Below, piece by piece: positions 26,479 to 39,156 of a DNA stretch of 64,000 nt. How positions within the stretch are numbered: position 1 is the stretch's first letter; each line of letters begins with the position of its first letter. Source of the stretch: Solemya velum (taxonomy: Eukaryota); contig JBHNWI010000006.1 of assembly GCA_048127485.1 (NCBI GenBank), positions 46,258,358 to 46,322,357 on the forward strand, in the 5' to 3' direction. Under the pieces are notes generated by a model, which worked only from the letters and a program-made list of their open reading frames with translations, ran no database searches and had not been told where the DNA came from. The translations under genes were made by a program, and so were the position numbers.

Positions 26479-29220
26479 TGTGCTGGTGGCTGTTGTAGAA
26501 TAATGTAGTTGAATGTAACATTCGATATAAGTAGCCTGTAGATTAATATAGTTGAATGTAACAAATGATATAAGCAGCATTGCTATCTATAGAATGTCAA
26601 TAATGTAAGCAGCACATAATAAAGATGTCAGCTTCAATGGTAGTTTGTTGAATGCTACTGCTGTGAAAAGCATTACTTCTGAAGAAGTGCAACTAGGTGT
26701 TGGGAAACTGAGAATGAAAATAGAGACTTTGAAAAGCTTTACTGCTGTAGAAAAGTAAATTGGTCATTTGAGATTCAAAATGAAGCTACTGTTGATTAAT
26801 CTTCATATGCAAATTTTAAATTAGTAAAAATAGTACATGTAATTGAATTCAAAAATACAATATAGCAGCTCTATGAATCAGCTATCAAAATCTTGGTAAA
26901 CAATGGGCCAAATAATTAGTAAGTAATTTGAGTAGTGTTGCACTTTTTCTAGTTCACCATGGGTAATTTTGCCATATGTCATATTGATATTCCACTTGCG
27001 TAGTTTTGTTTATTGTTGAAGTAGCATTGATAAGACCATACACACTTTATTTCATTGGATATTAGTTTTCTGGCCTGAAACCCCACCTTTTTAGACATTT
27101 CAGAGCAACTTGCCTAGATCTAAAACACAGAAAATGTGACACAGCCTGGTGTTGCAAAGGGGTTGGAACTTGATCATGGACAGATTAGTCTGGCTAAATC
27201 AGCCTCCATAGATAATAGATATTAGGGTTAGGATGATATGTTTCCTTCTCATGACAATACGTATCTTGATACCTATCATGTGATACAATATGTATGGCAA
27301 TCTTAATTCCCAACAATATTGAGTTATTATAAGATTATACACTCATCACTTCATCATTACACAGAACAGATAGCAGGATTTACCACCAAATCAGTTGAAA
27401 TAGCTTGAATACTGGTATGCAAGACATAGGCTCATGTGAGAATAATTCACAGGTGTGTGCGCACTGATGTGATAGACCTGTGCCATAATCCCCAAGGCAG
27501 AAGCCATACTCAGGGTGCCAGACAATGATCCCTAGCGTGTCAAACCTTTCTTGGACCATCAGACAAGTATTAGTTTGGCAAAATGAAATCATCGATCTAT
27601 GACTGGATATTAGAGGTGTCATTGACATAAGCTTGGAATATTGATATCTCAAAACTAAAATATTGTGATATATCGATCTATCCTTTCATTGTGGATACTC
27701 ACACCACCAAGATCTTTTAGTGGATGAAACACCTTGTATGAAAGAGAAGAGAGTCTATGTACTATAGTAATAACTAGCGGAACAGTTGTGGGGTGAAATT
27801 TGAAAATTTTTACACTAAATTGAATAAATGTAATTACATTTCAGAGTCTACGTGTGCTCCATTATAATAAATGCTCAAAATTTGTAGATTATGTAAGATG
27901 ATGACATACACTAACTGTATGGATACAAGACAAACATGTATTGATATCGTATTGGGAAAATATTGATATCGTTTCTATTGATGACACCTCTACTGGATAT
28001 CATAATTAGCAATAATTTTCTTCTGAAAGTAAAACAATTTCTATTTGATCTACAATGAAGGAAATATTGGGTGGTCTTTTTTTTCATTTTACGGTGGTAA
28101 CACTGGATGAACACATCCCAGGAAAGGAAAGCTGTTTCAGTGACAAATGCATATTGGCAGTCAAAAACCCATAGATCATACATACTTTTTATGTCAAGAT
28201 GAATACATTGTAGATAAGCCATATAATAGTATTAATACTTGATATGCTATATAAGATTCCTCCAAGATCTTTAGGGGTTATGAAACAAAAATAACCTACA
28301 AGATCGATACAAATTGCAGTTGCGGATCGATATTGATGGTAGTGAAAGAAATTGATCTATACCGATGCACCGGCAAATCGTCCCAACCCTAACAGAAATT
28401 TGGATGAGATACTCCATAGTCACTGGGATTTAGCCAAACTTTCACTGGAAACAATGTATAACTATGACTTACAAATTACATGTGTATACAGTGATTGGGA
28501 AGACCATTTTACTCAATGGGCCATTTTCATGCTTTTTGGTGGTTTTCCAAAATTTGAATGGGACATTCCTTATATAAGTCATGTAACTTTTTTCATTTTT
28601 CAATAGGCCATTTTCAGAAGCAATGAGCAAATGGCCCATGGCCCCCTCCCTTCCCAACCACTGCTCATGGCCCCCTTCCTTCCCAATCACTGGTATATCA
28701 TTATCAATATCAGAGCTTCACAAAATGCATAACTAATTGGGGAATAGAGGAGGGCACTAACTTCTTGTTCAGCCCCCCCCCCCAGCGATTCTGGACATAG
28801 GCCTACAGCAGTCAAAGTCAAAATAGTTTGATATCACCGCCACCCATCCCCAACACAAAAACCTTGATAATGATAAGCCCCTTGTAATGGTCCATAAATT
28901 TATTTAAAATTATTCATGCGTATGATGCAGTTGATTTTTTTAACTAGCCTTACTACTAATGCTGATAGGGTCTTAGTCCGCTGAAACTGCCCTCGTCTAT
29001 AACACTCCGGTAACGTACACACACCGCTGAAACCAACGCCATTTTCTCTCTGTGTAACCCGATTGATTCGACCAATCAGAAAATCACTGATTTATCGGGG
29101 ATATAGTTTAAAATGGTAAATACAAAGGAAAGGGTACGGCAAGTAGGTGGTTCATCATGTTTCCAACCCCACGATACCGGAGTTTATCCCCAGACGTCGT
29201 GTGAAATATTCAAAATCCTT

Positions 29221-29815
29221 GGCCCTAAATCTGGCGGCCAAAATCACCATTCTATGATACGATTGGCAAGCTGACCTCATACTAGGTGAACATTGTGAGC
29301 CGTTGATATGAGGGCAGTTCTAGCAGACTAATAGGATCTATGTCTCCCTGGGTACGGTTAGATATATCGGAACGTACCCTAACATTACATCAATATACCA
29401 GACCATACCCAGCAAACTCCCAAACGTACCCAGATTTAGATGTCGTAACATTTAGAATATATACTTAGATTACATATGCACATTCTGCCAAGCCATAAAC
29501 CTTTAAAGCTTTTTAACGTTGACAAAAGAACAGTACAATGTTACAAGAAATAGAAATAATAATAAATATAAAACAAAGACACAACTAAATGTCCACTTGT
29601 ATATACAGGTACGGTCGTATGTTAGCGAGGTCCGGTCCGGTATACTGAATAATTTCTAGGGTACCCTCCGATGATCTAACCCGTAACCGTACCCAGGGTA
29701 CGGTCCAAAATAGTCCGCTAAAACTGCCCTCATATCAACGACTCCTATACTCACCTAGTATGAGGTCAGCTGTTCACATCATAGAATGGCGATTTGGACC
29801 GCCAGATTTAGGGCC
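29221..29815. mobile_element. MITE-like element with roughly 180-bp terminal inverted repeats
   Basis: 29221-29400 is the reverse complement of 29630-29815 (GGCCCTAAATCTGGCGGCCAAAATCACCATTCTATGA...). It is flanked by CCAATCAG-containing repeats: 28960-29100 and 29900-30030 in direct orientation, and 30050-30130 inverted. Confidence 0.5.
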
Positions 29816-30790
29816 AGGGATTTTGAAAGCTTCACGCGATATCTGGGGATAATTCTGGTATCATCGGGTTGGAAACATCATAAAACTACCTACTTGTTGT
29901 GCCCTCTCCCTTATATTCCGCATTCTGAACTATATCTCGCCCATAACACATCAGTAGCATACACACACCACTGTAACAAGGCCATTTTTTTCTCTCTCTA
30001 AGCCGTTTGATTCGACCAATCAGAAACTCACTGATTTACCGAGATTTTTGATTGGTCGAATCAAATGACTTACAGAGAGAAAAAAATGGCCTCTGTTTTA
30101 GTGGTGTGCGTACGCTACCGGAATGTTTTATGAAAACACAATCTAAAGAGGCCTTATTTTTTCTAAACCCAATCTGGCACTTTCATCATTTCAATCATGT
30201 CCAGCCCAACTACGGAGATATCATGTCGAACGATCGAGATATCGAGTCAAGACATAATTCAGATGAGGTTAAATGCCATGGTCTGGTTGACTGTTGTCCA
30301 TCGTCTATAAACATTTTCTCCTCTGAAACTGAGGGTAGAAAGCTGTAACTTGCTACACATGTTCCTACCCATAGTGAGACCCAGATTTCTTCATGGCGTT
30401 CCGATTCGAAATCTAATATAGCCGCCATGGCCTCTGATTGGCTGACACTTGAACATCTACTCAGAAACTACTTGATATAGGACGCTGAAATTTTGTATAC
30501 ATGTTTCTACCAACAATGAGTCTCAGATCCAATATGGCCACCATGGCCTGTGATTGGCTTACACTTGAACATCTCTAAATCTATTTAAGATAGGTGAGCA
30601 AAAAAAGTTGTGATGGTGGCATGTTAGGGATCATCTCAAAATTACATTGAAGCCAACTAAACGAAATATTTCCGTTAGGGGGGGAGGGGGGTTAAAATAC
30701 AGCTGTAGTTTTTTCGTTCATTATCCAGTGTTTTGGCTTCGTGCATAAAACTGGCAAAAACATTCCAACAGACTGAAAATAAAAGCGAGA

Positions 30791-31126
30791 ATGTTGAATT
30801 CCGGCAATGATACGCACGTGAAAAACTTACGCCAGCTTGGTGGAGCTACTCCATTCCCTGCAACTGACACTGTGCACAAAGGACACTATAGAACGTATAT
30901 TGATATGAAGCAGCGGGTTGGCAAAATTGAAATTGACAAAAACTGTTCATCCTTGTTGCGTACATGTGAAAAAGGCTGTAAATATGTTCTCCTGTCAAAA
31001 GCAGATGAAGAAAGACATATAAAGCTATGCCATTATGATGAAATCAGAAAAGAGCGAAGAGTTGAGCAGCAACGGAAACAGCGGACAGCAACTGATGAAA
31101 GAAGGGCCAAAAAATCCAAAAAGTGA
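30791..31126 (+). CDS. Small single-exon ORF (111 aa) with one C2H2-type zinc-finger motif and a basic K/R-rich tail; downstream AATAAA at about 31260
   Basis: CEKGCKYVLLSKADEERHIKLCH fits C-x3-C-x12-H-x4-H. The C-terminus is RKERRVEQQRKQRTATDERRAKKSKK. G-rich runs (GGGGGAGGGGG) flank it at about 30680 and 31415. Confidence 0.25.
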   Translation: MLNSGNDTHVKNLRQLGGATPFPATDTVHKGHYRTYIDMKQRVGKIEIDKNCSSLLRTCEKGCKYVLLSKADEERHIKLCHYDEIRKERRVEQQRKQRTATDERRAKKSKK

Positions 31127-31979
31127 AATAGAATATTGTATATATAGTACTTTATTATATCGAGGGGTATATTGTTTTGCCTATGTCCAGCTTCAATTTT
31201 TTTCGGATTTTGATTTAATACTTGTTTTTCAAAATGTGTTCTTTGCCCTTCTTAATTGCAATAAATGTTTTCAAAAGCACCGGTGTTCTCAATAATGATG
31301 TTGCAGAAACATGGAAAATGTATTCTTATTTTATTGATGGCAAATAATCATTCAAATAATGTCAGGAAATTGAGACCGCTGTTGAAGCCAAAAAGTCCTC
31401 ACTATTTTAGTTCACGAGAGGGGGGAGGGGGTCGACAAGTAAACTAAACAAATTTAGTTTCTCTGGCTTCAATGTATTTTGATATGATCCCTTAGTAGGT
31501 TACTATGCTTCCATTCAAATAATAGTGTTTTTATCATGAAATTGCAATACGTAGTGGGTTGGTCCATTACCTGTGAGCTCATTCCATGCATAAATAAAAC
31601 TATCATAACAGTTAACACAAGCATTGCAAGAGCTGTTTAGGGCTAGAAAAACCTATTGGTGCTATTTTTTCAATATATTTCACTTGTTTCATTTCAATGA
31701 ATGAATACTGGATAAAACAAACTTTACAATGTTTTCCGTCTTTTTCCACAACTGTCAGGTTATAAAATCAAGTGTCACAGTTGGGTGCTATCTCTCTCCT
31801 CCTCTCTCTTTCTCCCTCACCCCCTCTCTCTCTCTCACTCACGAAAATGGTGGTTCCTCGTCAACTAATTTGGGAATAATAGTGCTCAACAGCCATCGGT
31901 TTCAACTTGAGGGTCGTTGGAGTAATAGGCTGTCGCAGTGTCGGAGTTATGGGCTGTTGGAGTAATGGGCTGTCGGAAT

Positions 31980-34206
31980 GGTGACCGCCTTATATTCCGA
32001 AGGCCCGATAGTCCAATAGTCCGAAGGCCCTATAGTCCGAATATTTACTGAGAATGGTGGAAAATTAATATTCAGCTGATATTAATGTGTGGTGCCCTCA
32101 AAGTTAAGGGAACGGGAACATTCGACCTCGGGTATTTGGTCTGGACACTTTCGGTCTGGACCCATTCGGCCGAATACCACCGAAAACGTCAAGACTCAAA
32201 AACGTCAAACCCAGAACGTCAAGACCAGAACGTCAAGAAAAATAACCGAAAACGTCAAGAACATATTTAACATATTTAATAATATATTATCACTTTATTA
32301 ACATATAAATTGGTGTTTTTCTCTTAATTATCTCATTTTGTATAAATTTTAGTGTCAATTACTTATTTTGTTTTCAAATATTGTATTTGTTTACCGATAC
32401 TTTTAGAGTGATTTAAGGTAATAAAGGGTTTCTTATTTTGTTTATATTTTCATATCTTAATAGACTAATCCGTTGTATTTGTAATATTACTTCACTGTTA
32501 TTTAACTAATACCGAATTATGTCGAAAGTAGTAGATATTGTTGCGCTTTCAATTAGAAACAATAATGAATGACCGCCTTTGATATGTAATTGAAGTACTA
32601 TTGTCTTTGAATTGTACTCAAAATGTCACGCTGAATGAAACCCGTAGGTCCCTCTCAGATTATATGAAGTGTGTGCCATGGTATATTCTTCATATCATCA
32701 TGTCGGAGTTATGTGTATACTGTAGCAGAATATGTACATCTCGGCAACAGTCACTGCAATGTGACTATTGCAACAGATGGCAACACCGGATATGCCAGAC
32801 CGGTATTTCTCAAACCTTTTACAGGCAGTTTGTAAAAGGTTTGGTTGAGTTAGGGAATTGGAAATGTTTTAACTGCGCCACCACACCACTCACACCACTC
32901 ACACCCACACCCGATTTAGCAGCCAGTTTTCTCGAAGAGGAACGACCATCTACTCCACGTCCAGTCTCACCGATGTCGCCAGAACAAGCATCGCCAGAAC
33001 CACTTCAACCACTTCATTTCAACTTTGAAGATGTTGAGCCACCAGCAGATGGAAGCTTTCATCGCCCTGCTTCGCTCGATGAGAGAGCAACAACTTGAGG
33101 AGATGTAGGCGGGAAACGAAAGATTTTAATGAAGAGTTGGGTAAGATATGGGAGAAATATGAGAAGAGAGATTTCACTCCGAGGCAATCTCTTTCAGCTG
33201 TTGCACGATTGACAATGAAGATGAGATAAAATATGTCAGATTGGTGATTTGTATTAAAAATGTATGTTATTTTGTGCTTCCTATTTGTAAATATATTCGT
33301 TTTTCCAGATGAAAATGTTTTTTATTCTTAAATATATTCGAAATTCCCGTCAAATGTCTGCTATTCAGTGCTTTATATTCTTATTAATATTCAGTATTTC
33401 CCGTATTGGGAAATGTCTTGACGTTTTATGCCAATTTCTTGACGTTCTATGCCACATCTCTTGACGTTCTGGGTTTGACGTTTTTGAGTCTTGACGTTTT
33501 CGGTGGTTCCCATTCGGCCTGACTGAAATTTTTCCAAAATATATATCGATGTAGATCTTTTACTACATCCTGTCTATGCATTGATTAATACAGTTACAGG
33601 CATTGTCCCCAATAAAAAATACCAAAACTGAAAATATGTTCACAATCAACTTAATAAGCTAAAAATATCCTGAAAATATCCTTGAATATAATGAATCCAT
33701 GAAAAAAAATATTATTAAATTGTCAATAAAGCCGTGGTCCTAACCCGCCGTACTTGCAAATGTGTGCTGTCTACTTCCAAAAACGTGGGCAAAATTTGGG
33801 GATCCGTTTGTTGTTAGTACCGCCTCAGTACGGATTTAGTAGCACGCAGACACGCGAATGTCCCCAAGGCTGAACGTTCCCGTTACCCTAACTTTGAGGG
33901 CATCAGTGTTCACACATTAATATTACTATTATTAGCTGATATAAGTCGATATGTGAAATGTTTGGAGTGAATAAAACAGAACGATTATTTCAATTTTAAT
34001 GAAGAGATTACGTACTACTTGTTCGATAGAATTACCCTGCGTTTATAAATACAAGTCCGCAAACATACTCCACATACCAAGGTTGTTGTATCAATTAAAA
34101 TGTCACATAGTTAATTTGGATCATCAGAAAGTTGAACATTCATTTTTCACCATTTTCAGTCAATATTCGGACTATCGGGCCTTCGGACTACGGGACCGTC
34201 ACCGTG
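31980..34206. mobile_element. Non-autonomous TIR DNA transposon with a Transib-like terminus (…CACCGTG), an apparent 5-bp TSD GGAAT, and subterminal ACGTCAAGA repeats
   Basis: About 300-bp terminal inverted repeats at 31980-32280 and 33400-34206. The right TIR is interrupted at 33540-33870 by an unrelated fragment that matches the TIR of the 44433-45570 element. GGAAT is present at 31975-31979 and 34207-34211. Confidence 0.5.
32601..33098 (+). CDS. PHD-finger ORF (about 130-165 aa) carried inside a TIR DNA transposon
   Basis: CVYCSRICTSRQQSLQCDYCNRWQHRICQ....NWKCFNC has the C4-H-C3 spacing with Trp two residues before the seventh Cys. A Pro/Ser/Thr-rich tail follows. Confidence 0.4.
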   Translation: MSLNCTQNVTLNETRRSLSDYMKCVPWYILHIIMSELCVYCSRICTSRQQSLQCDYCNRWQHRICQTGISQTFYRQFVKGLVELGNWKCFNCATTPLTPLTPTPDLAASFLEEERPSTPRPVSPMSPEQASPEPLQPLHFNFEDVEPPADGSFHRPASLDERATT

Positions 34207-35799
34207 GGAATAACGTCACGCCCCCATCACTATCAGCACTACTAATACTAGGCCTAGGCTATATTGGCTATAATCTAGGCCTTTGACTATGGGTATGACT
34301 CAGTAGTAGGCTAGTATACTAATTATAGTATGGGTATAAGTATGAGTACTGACCGGAGTAGGTGCCTATGACAATTGACATTGACAACCTACTACTAGTA
34401 CTAGATCTAGTACTACCAAGGCTAGAATTTGAATTTGAAATTATAACAAACAAATGCGTAATTAGCATAAGGTTATGATTAGGACTATATTCAAATAACC
34501 TTGCATATCTGTGTCGTTTTGAGTATGTGAACGTTTATATTTGGCTCTTATATTCGCCGATGCAACTTGAGGGGGCATTTTAGTAAATTTCGCCATTTTG
34601 CAGACGACAGCGTCTCAGACAGTGGCGGAAGTAGAAACAGTCGCGAGAGTATAGGATGGGAGCAGAGCAAGTCAAAACGTAATCAGTACTAAAACCTAAT
34701 CAAGTCAAAACGTAAGCAGTTGTCTAAGCAAAACGTAATCACTTGTCGAATCAAAACTCAATCAGTGATATTTAGAGACAACGACATATTTCAATTCTAA
34801 AATAAAGGCACATCGTTAGATACCAACCACTTGCTGCACGTTAATCCTGGGACACAACCTCAGTAGACCTAGGCTATTTTCCATTGAAAGTTCAATTGTA
34901 GATTAGGGTATATGCTTCAGCAATATTGCAAAAACGCCTCATACTCCAAAAGCCCACTATTTGTGCCTAGTCAAAAGTTGGAGTTGGATCTGAGACTATT
35001 AATTACCGTATAAATTAATGGTCCCATCTTTGATCAAATCGTAACATGTCCTGGTCATAAAGCTACATAATTTTGGTCAAAACGTAACATTTCATTTTTT
35101 TCTAGGGCAAGATTGAATGAAAAATCTTCAATGACACAATTCCATTTATTGTAGAAAAAATGAACATTCATCAAGTATATACATATATACAGTCATTTTA
35201 CCCCCATGTTAAAACGCTCTAAAAGTGATTGTTCCGCTCCAGAATTGAGGGTCTCCGCTCCAAAAGTGAGAGTCCCTGTTTCAAGAGTGCCAGGTCCAAA
35301 TCTATGTGTGGGTCCCCCTCCCTCTTGTATGAACCCATCCCTCCTGATCGATTATAGATCCACTAATCAATTAAGTTTCCACTCATCCAGCCAATCAATC
35401 AAACCATTCATCAATCCAGTCAAACATATAATTGTGTGTTAAGCGATGCACTCTCATTGTACATCAACACCTAAAACTTGGTCTTGGTATGTGAAGTCAA
35501 ATAGCTTCCTTCATATATAGCAAAAAAACAAAATAAACACGAAAAATATGGAGTTCTATGGTTTTGTATTTGCTTACCCTAATATGAAGCAACTTTATGT
35601 TGGATTTTAGTTCTTACAGGACGATGTTTATTTTAAGGAAGCGTGTGTCGTCCTATCAAAGTATATTTACGCCCCCTGTAGCATCTTGGTTGGGTAATCC
35701 CACCAAGTGACCTTTCCCGTGGCCCGTCTCTGCAGGCTCTCTTGGGGGCCTTTGCTGGGATTGCCCCTCACGGGGGTCACCACGGAAAGGTATGCTACA

Positions 35800-36250
35800 C
35801 AACCCCCCTGAGACGATGTGTACGAGTGGCGCTCTCCCTTTGCATGGGACACTCGTGTTAGTAATAGTGGTGTCAAGCTTGATGTGTTGTGTGGCGACAC
35901 GTGCAAGCAGTGCACAGTATCTGGATGTTGGGCTGTGTTCATTCCAGGAAGGCGATAAAAAAGGCACAATGTTACGGTTTGTATCAGTCCAACAGAGGAC
36001 ACTACAGTCATGCCAAGACTTACACCTGACAAACGTCTGAGGGTTATGTGACGTTTGGAACCAGGTTTCGCCAGCCTTAAGCCCAGACTTGAATCCTTTT
36101 GAGCGCTTTTAGGACATGCTTTAAAAAGACATCAACGGGAACCGCCCGAGACCCACTGCGCAGCTGCAAAAAGCCATTCACCGCGCCTGAGACAACATTC
36201 CAAGGGCAGCCATCAACCGCCTCATCAACGTCATGCCCCGTCTCCAAAAA
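35800..36250 (+). mobile_element. Tc1-like transposase relic (C-terminal half, frameshifted)
   Basis: WPARSPDLNPIEHLWDMLK and LQKAIHRAWDNIPRAAINRLINVMPRL. A second copy lies at 37845-38010 plus 39157-39430, reading WPAMSPDLNPIEHL...INAMPRRRQTAIDARV. Confidence 0.65.
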
Positions 36251-37845
36251 ATTCATACTCCGGCAAGGTGTCAGACAAGGTGGAGTTCTCTCATCTTTGC
36301 TATACATTGTATACATTGACGGCCTGCTGTTGCAACTTGAAACGAGTAACTTTGGAGCAAAAACTTTCTCATTGAAATGTGGCAATCCGTCATTTGTTGA
36401 TGACCTGGCGTGCATTGCGCTAACCCCACGCGACAAAATATGCTGAATGTAGCTAATGACTATTCTAAGATATGAAGGTTTAAATTCGGAGCAGATAAAT
36501 CACGTATAATCCTATTCAACAGAAAACGGACAAGTTCGAAACTGCACTTCCACTTGGGACAACACAACATACCCGAAAACACTTCGCACACCCATCTTGG
36601 AATAATTCCGAGCAACCGACTTACAGTGAATGAAAGAATACACTCAGCTTGTACTAAAGGGTGCAAATCGTTCTTTGCACTGCACAAATATGGCGTAAAA
36701 CCACTGGGGATAAATCCACTAACCTCTGTTAACTTGTACCGGAAAGTTGTCATTCCATCACTATTAAATGGTTGTGGAGTCTGGGGAAGACTGACCAATG
36801 CAAACATAACTTCACTCACAAGAATACAACACTTTATTGTCAAAACAATGCAAGGCTTCCCTCAAGATACCAGAACACTGATGTGCGAATCAATGGTTGG
36901 ACTACCATCTTTACCTATTGGAGTCGAACGAAGAAAATTGCTATTCCTACAAAAAATAATCGCAATGCCAAATAACCTCTTGTCCAAACAGATATTCAAC
37001 AGGAGACTACTTTTACACAGCCTCGAACCATCGCGGATCACACGTGGATTCATACCTGACATTCAAGACATTATTCAAAAATATCAGCTAGAGCGTTTTC
37101 TAAGCATACCTAGAAACTGGACTTTTTCCAGGTAAACATTTGTGGAAAAAAGTTATCCTTGATGCCATAACAACAAAAGAAACAGCTTTACTATAATCCA
37201 CAATGGAACAAGATAACGACTTTAAGCGCTTCAAAAACCTACACACAACAACTGAACCGGCATCGATATGGATATTCCCATCAACAAGCTACGACTTGAA
37301 ACTTGCAGACTACATTGCTCGTCTCTGGGTAACTATCCCACAAAACAATGAACACGTTTGCTGCACATGTGAAGGTCTATACACTGACACACTGGGACAT
37401 ATTGTATGAGACTGTGGCACGAACCCCAAATTAAGAGATGAATTCATAGAGGAAATCACAAACAACTTCAGTACACACCTCAGCGCAGAAATCCATAATT
37501 CCGACAGCGAATCTTTCCTTCTGTTGATGTTGGGGAAGAAAACAGAAACGACTGACTAATAACAAAGAGAGATACTTAAAAAAATATCATTTGAACTTGT
37601 TAGAGACTGTGTAACAAACTACTATCAACAGTAATTTTGGTATACATGTCGGTCAAGCAATCAAGCAGAAATAAGACATACTATTTATATCTAACCTCAA
37701 ACCTATGTATATATGTTGAAAATATTTCAATTTCTGACACTTATTATTCTAATTTAATTTGTATTCACCATTTCTCTCTTCAAGTTACCATCAAATCATA
37801 ATCTCTGTAAAGAGGAAATAAAGATGATGCTGATGATGATGTGTT
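36250..37845 (+). mobile_element. 5'-truncated CR1/L2-like LINE: RT domain, thumb, C-terminal CCHC knuckle, 3' UTR with an (ATG)n tail
   Basis: RQGVRQGGVLSSLLYIVYIDGLL and FVDDLA are RT motifs. The thumb reads HLGIIP...LYRKVVIPSLLNGCGVWG...RRKLLFLQKI. The knuckle is CTCEGLYTDTLGHIV.DC, fitting C-x-C-x10-H-x4-C. Frameshifts are present. Confidence 0.8.
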
Positions 37846-38010
37846 GTGTGGCGACACGTGCAAGCAGTGCACAGTATCTGGATGTTGGGCTGTGTTCATT
37901 CCAGGAAGGCGATAAAAAAGGCACAATGTTACGGTTTGAATCAGTCCAACAGAGGACACTACAGTCATGCCAAGACTTACACCTGACAAACGTCTTAGGG
38001 TTATGTGAAA

Positions 38011-39156
38011 GGCGCGGCGCTAGGAATTTCCGTAGGGGGTTCGATTCAAGTGCGACGGCCCGCAGATCCCCGCGTAAATTTTTTTAAACTGGAAGCCCTG
38101 GAATGGCATTTCCTGCAGTCTGGGGCTCAAAATGTATGGTAAAACAGTCCGAAAAAAATGTAGAAATATGGAGTAAAAAGGCTATCAAACACATATCTCG
38201 CTGATGATGGGCTTAAAGTTATTTCAGCAGTTATAGAATCATATGTGTAGCTTTCAACTATACTACAAAAACAGCTTTTACGATGTCAGTCATTGGAACT
38301 GTGAGACAGGGATTGACTGAGACAAGGTTGACAGATTTTATTTACATTTATTTTACATACGATGAAGCTTCTTGAGCATCTTTACTAATTTCTTGTAGTC
38401 ACCATGCGTCCATCTGAGTGAATACTCATAAATGCTTAGCGATATAAACACATTATATCCCGCTAATATATCACCTCCGTTTAAGTCTTTTTTAAACAAA
38501 ATTATGTCTTTCAACTTTACTTCAGTAACAGCTTTACAGTGGCATCTTTTTCGTCACACTCACACGAGAAGACGTAGATTCACAAAGTCAAGACTGAGAG
38601 ATTAGATTCGCGTCCTTTATACGGCGAGGAGGAAGTCTTACGAACAATTCAACTACTTTGCATGGTGGCCCGTAACAAGGTTCTTTGCCCGCGCATCACA
38701 GAAAAGACCCCTCATACTCACAGAGGTGACAACTAGGGTACAGTCAAATTGGAGAAGAGTGAAAAGGTTTGGTTGATCACATGTTTCTGGTCTGAGCAAA
38801 TAATTACACTTATAACACAACTTCTTAGCTCTTTTGACACCCGGTTTGAAAAAAATGCGTATATCCGACATCAGATTTCGACCTTTAATGGCGCTGCCTG
38901 GAGTATATTGTGTACACGAGTTTATCCTTAGAATTGGACCGCGTGTTAAGAGTCGACGTTACATGAAAACAACAAACGGTTTGATGCCATTTTGATAAAT
39001 ACCAAGTGTATACGTTTCGTTTTAAAGGAGCGCTCTTTCAATAAATATAGCCCGGACAATGATTATGTTACAAAAAGGCTTAAAAACTTGGTCACCATTA
39101 ACTGAAAAAAGGGGTTCGTTCGCACACCCCCCCCGAACCCCCCTGGCGCCGCCCCT
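38011..39156. mobile_element. Non-autonomous TIR element nested inside the second Tc1 copy
   Basis: Roughly 35-bp imperfect TIRs: AAGGCGCGGCGCTAGG...GGGGGTTCG on the left, and CGAACCCCCCTGGCGCCGCCCC on the right. It interrupts the Tc1 sequence between ...GTTATGTGA and TGTGTGACGTTTGG. The TSD is about TATGTGA versus TGTGTGA. Confidence 0.4.
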
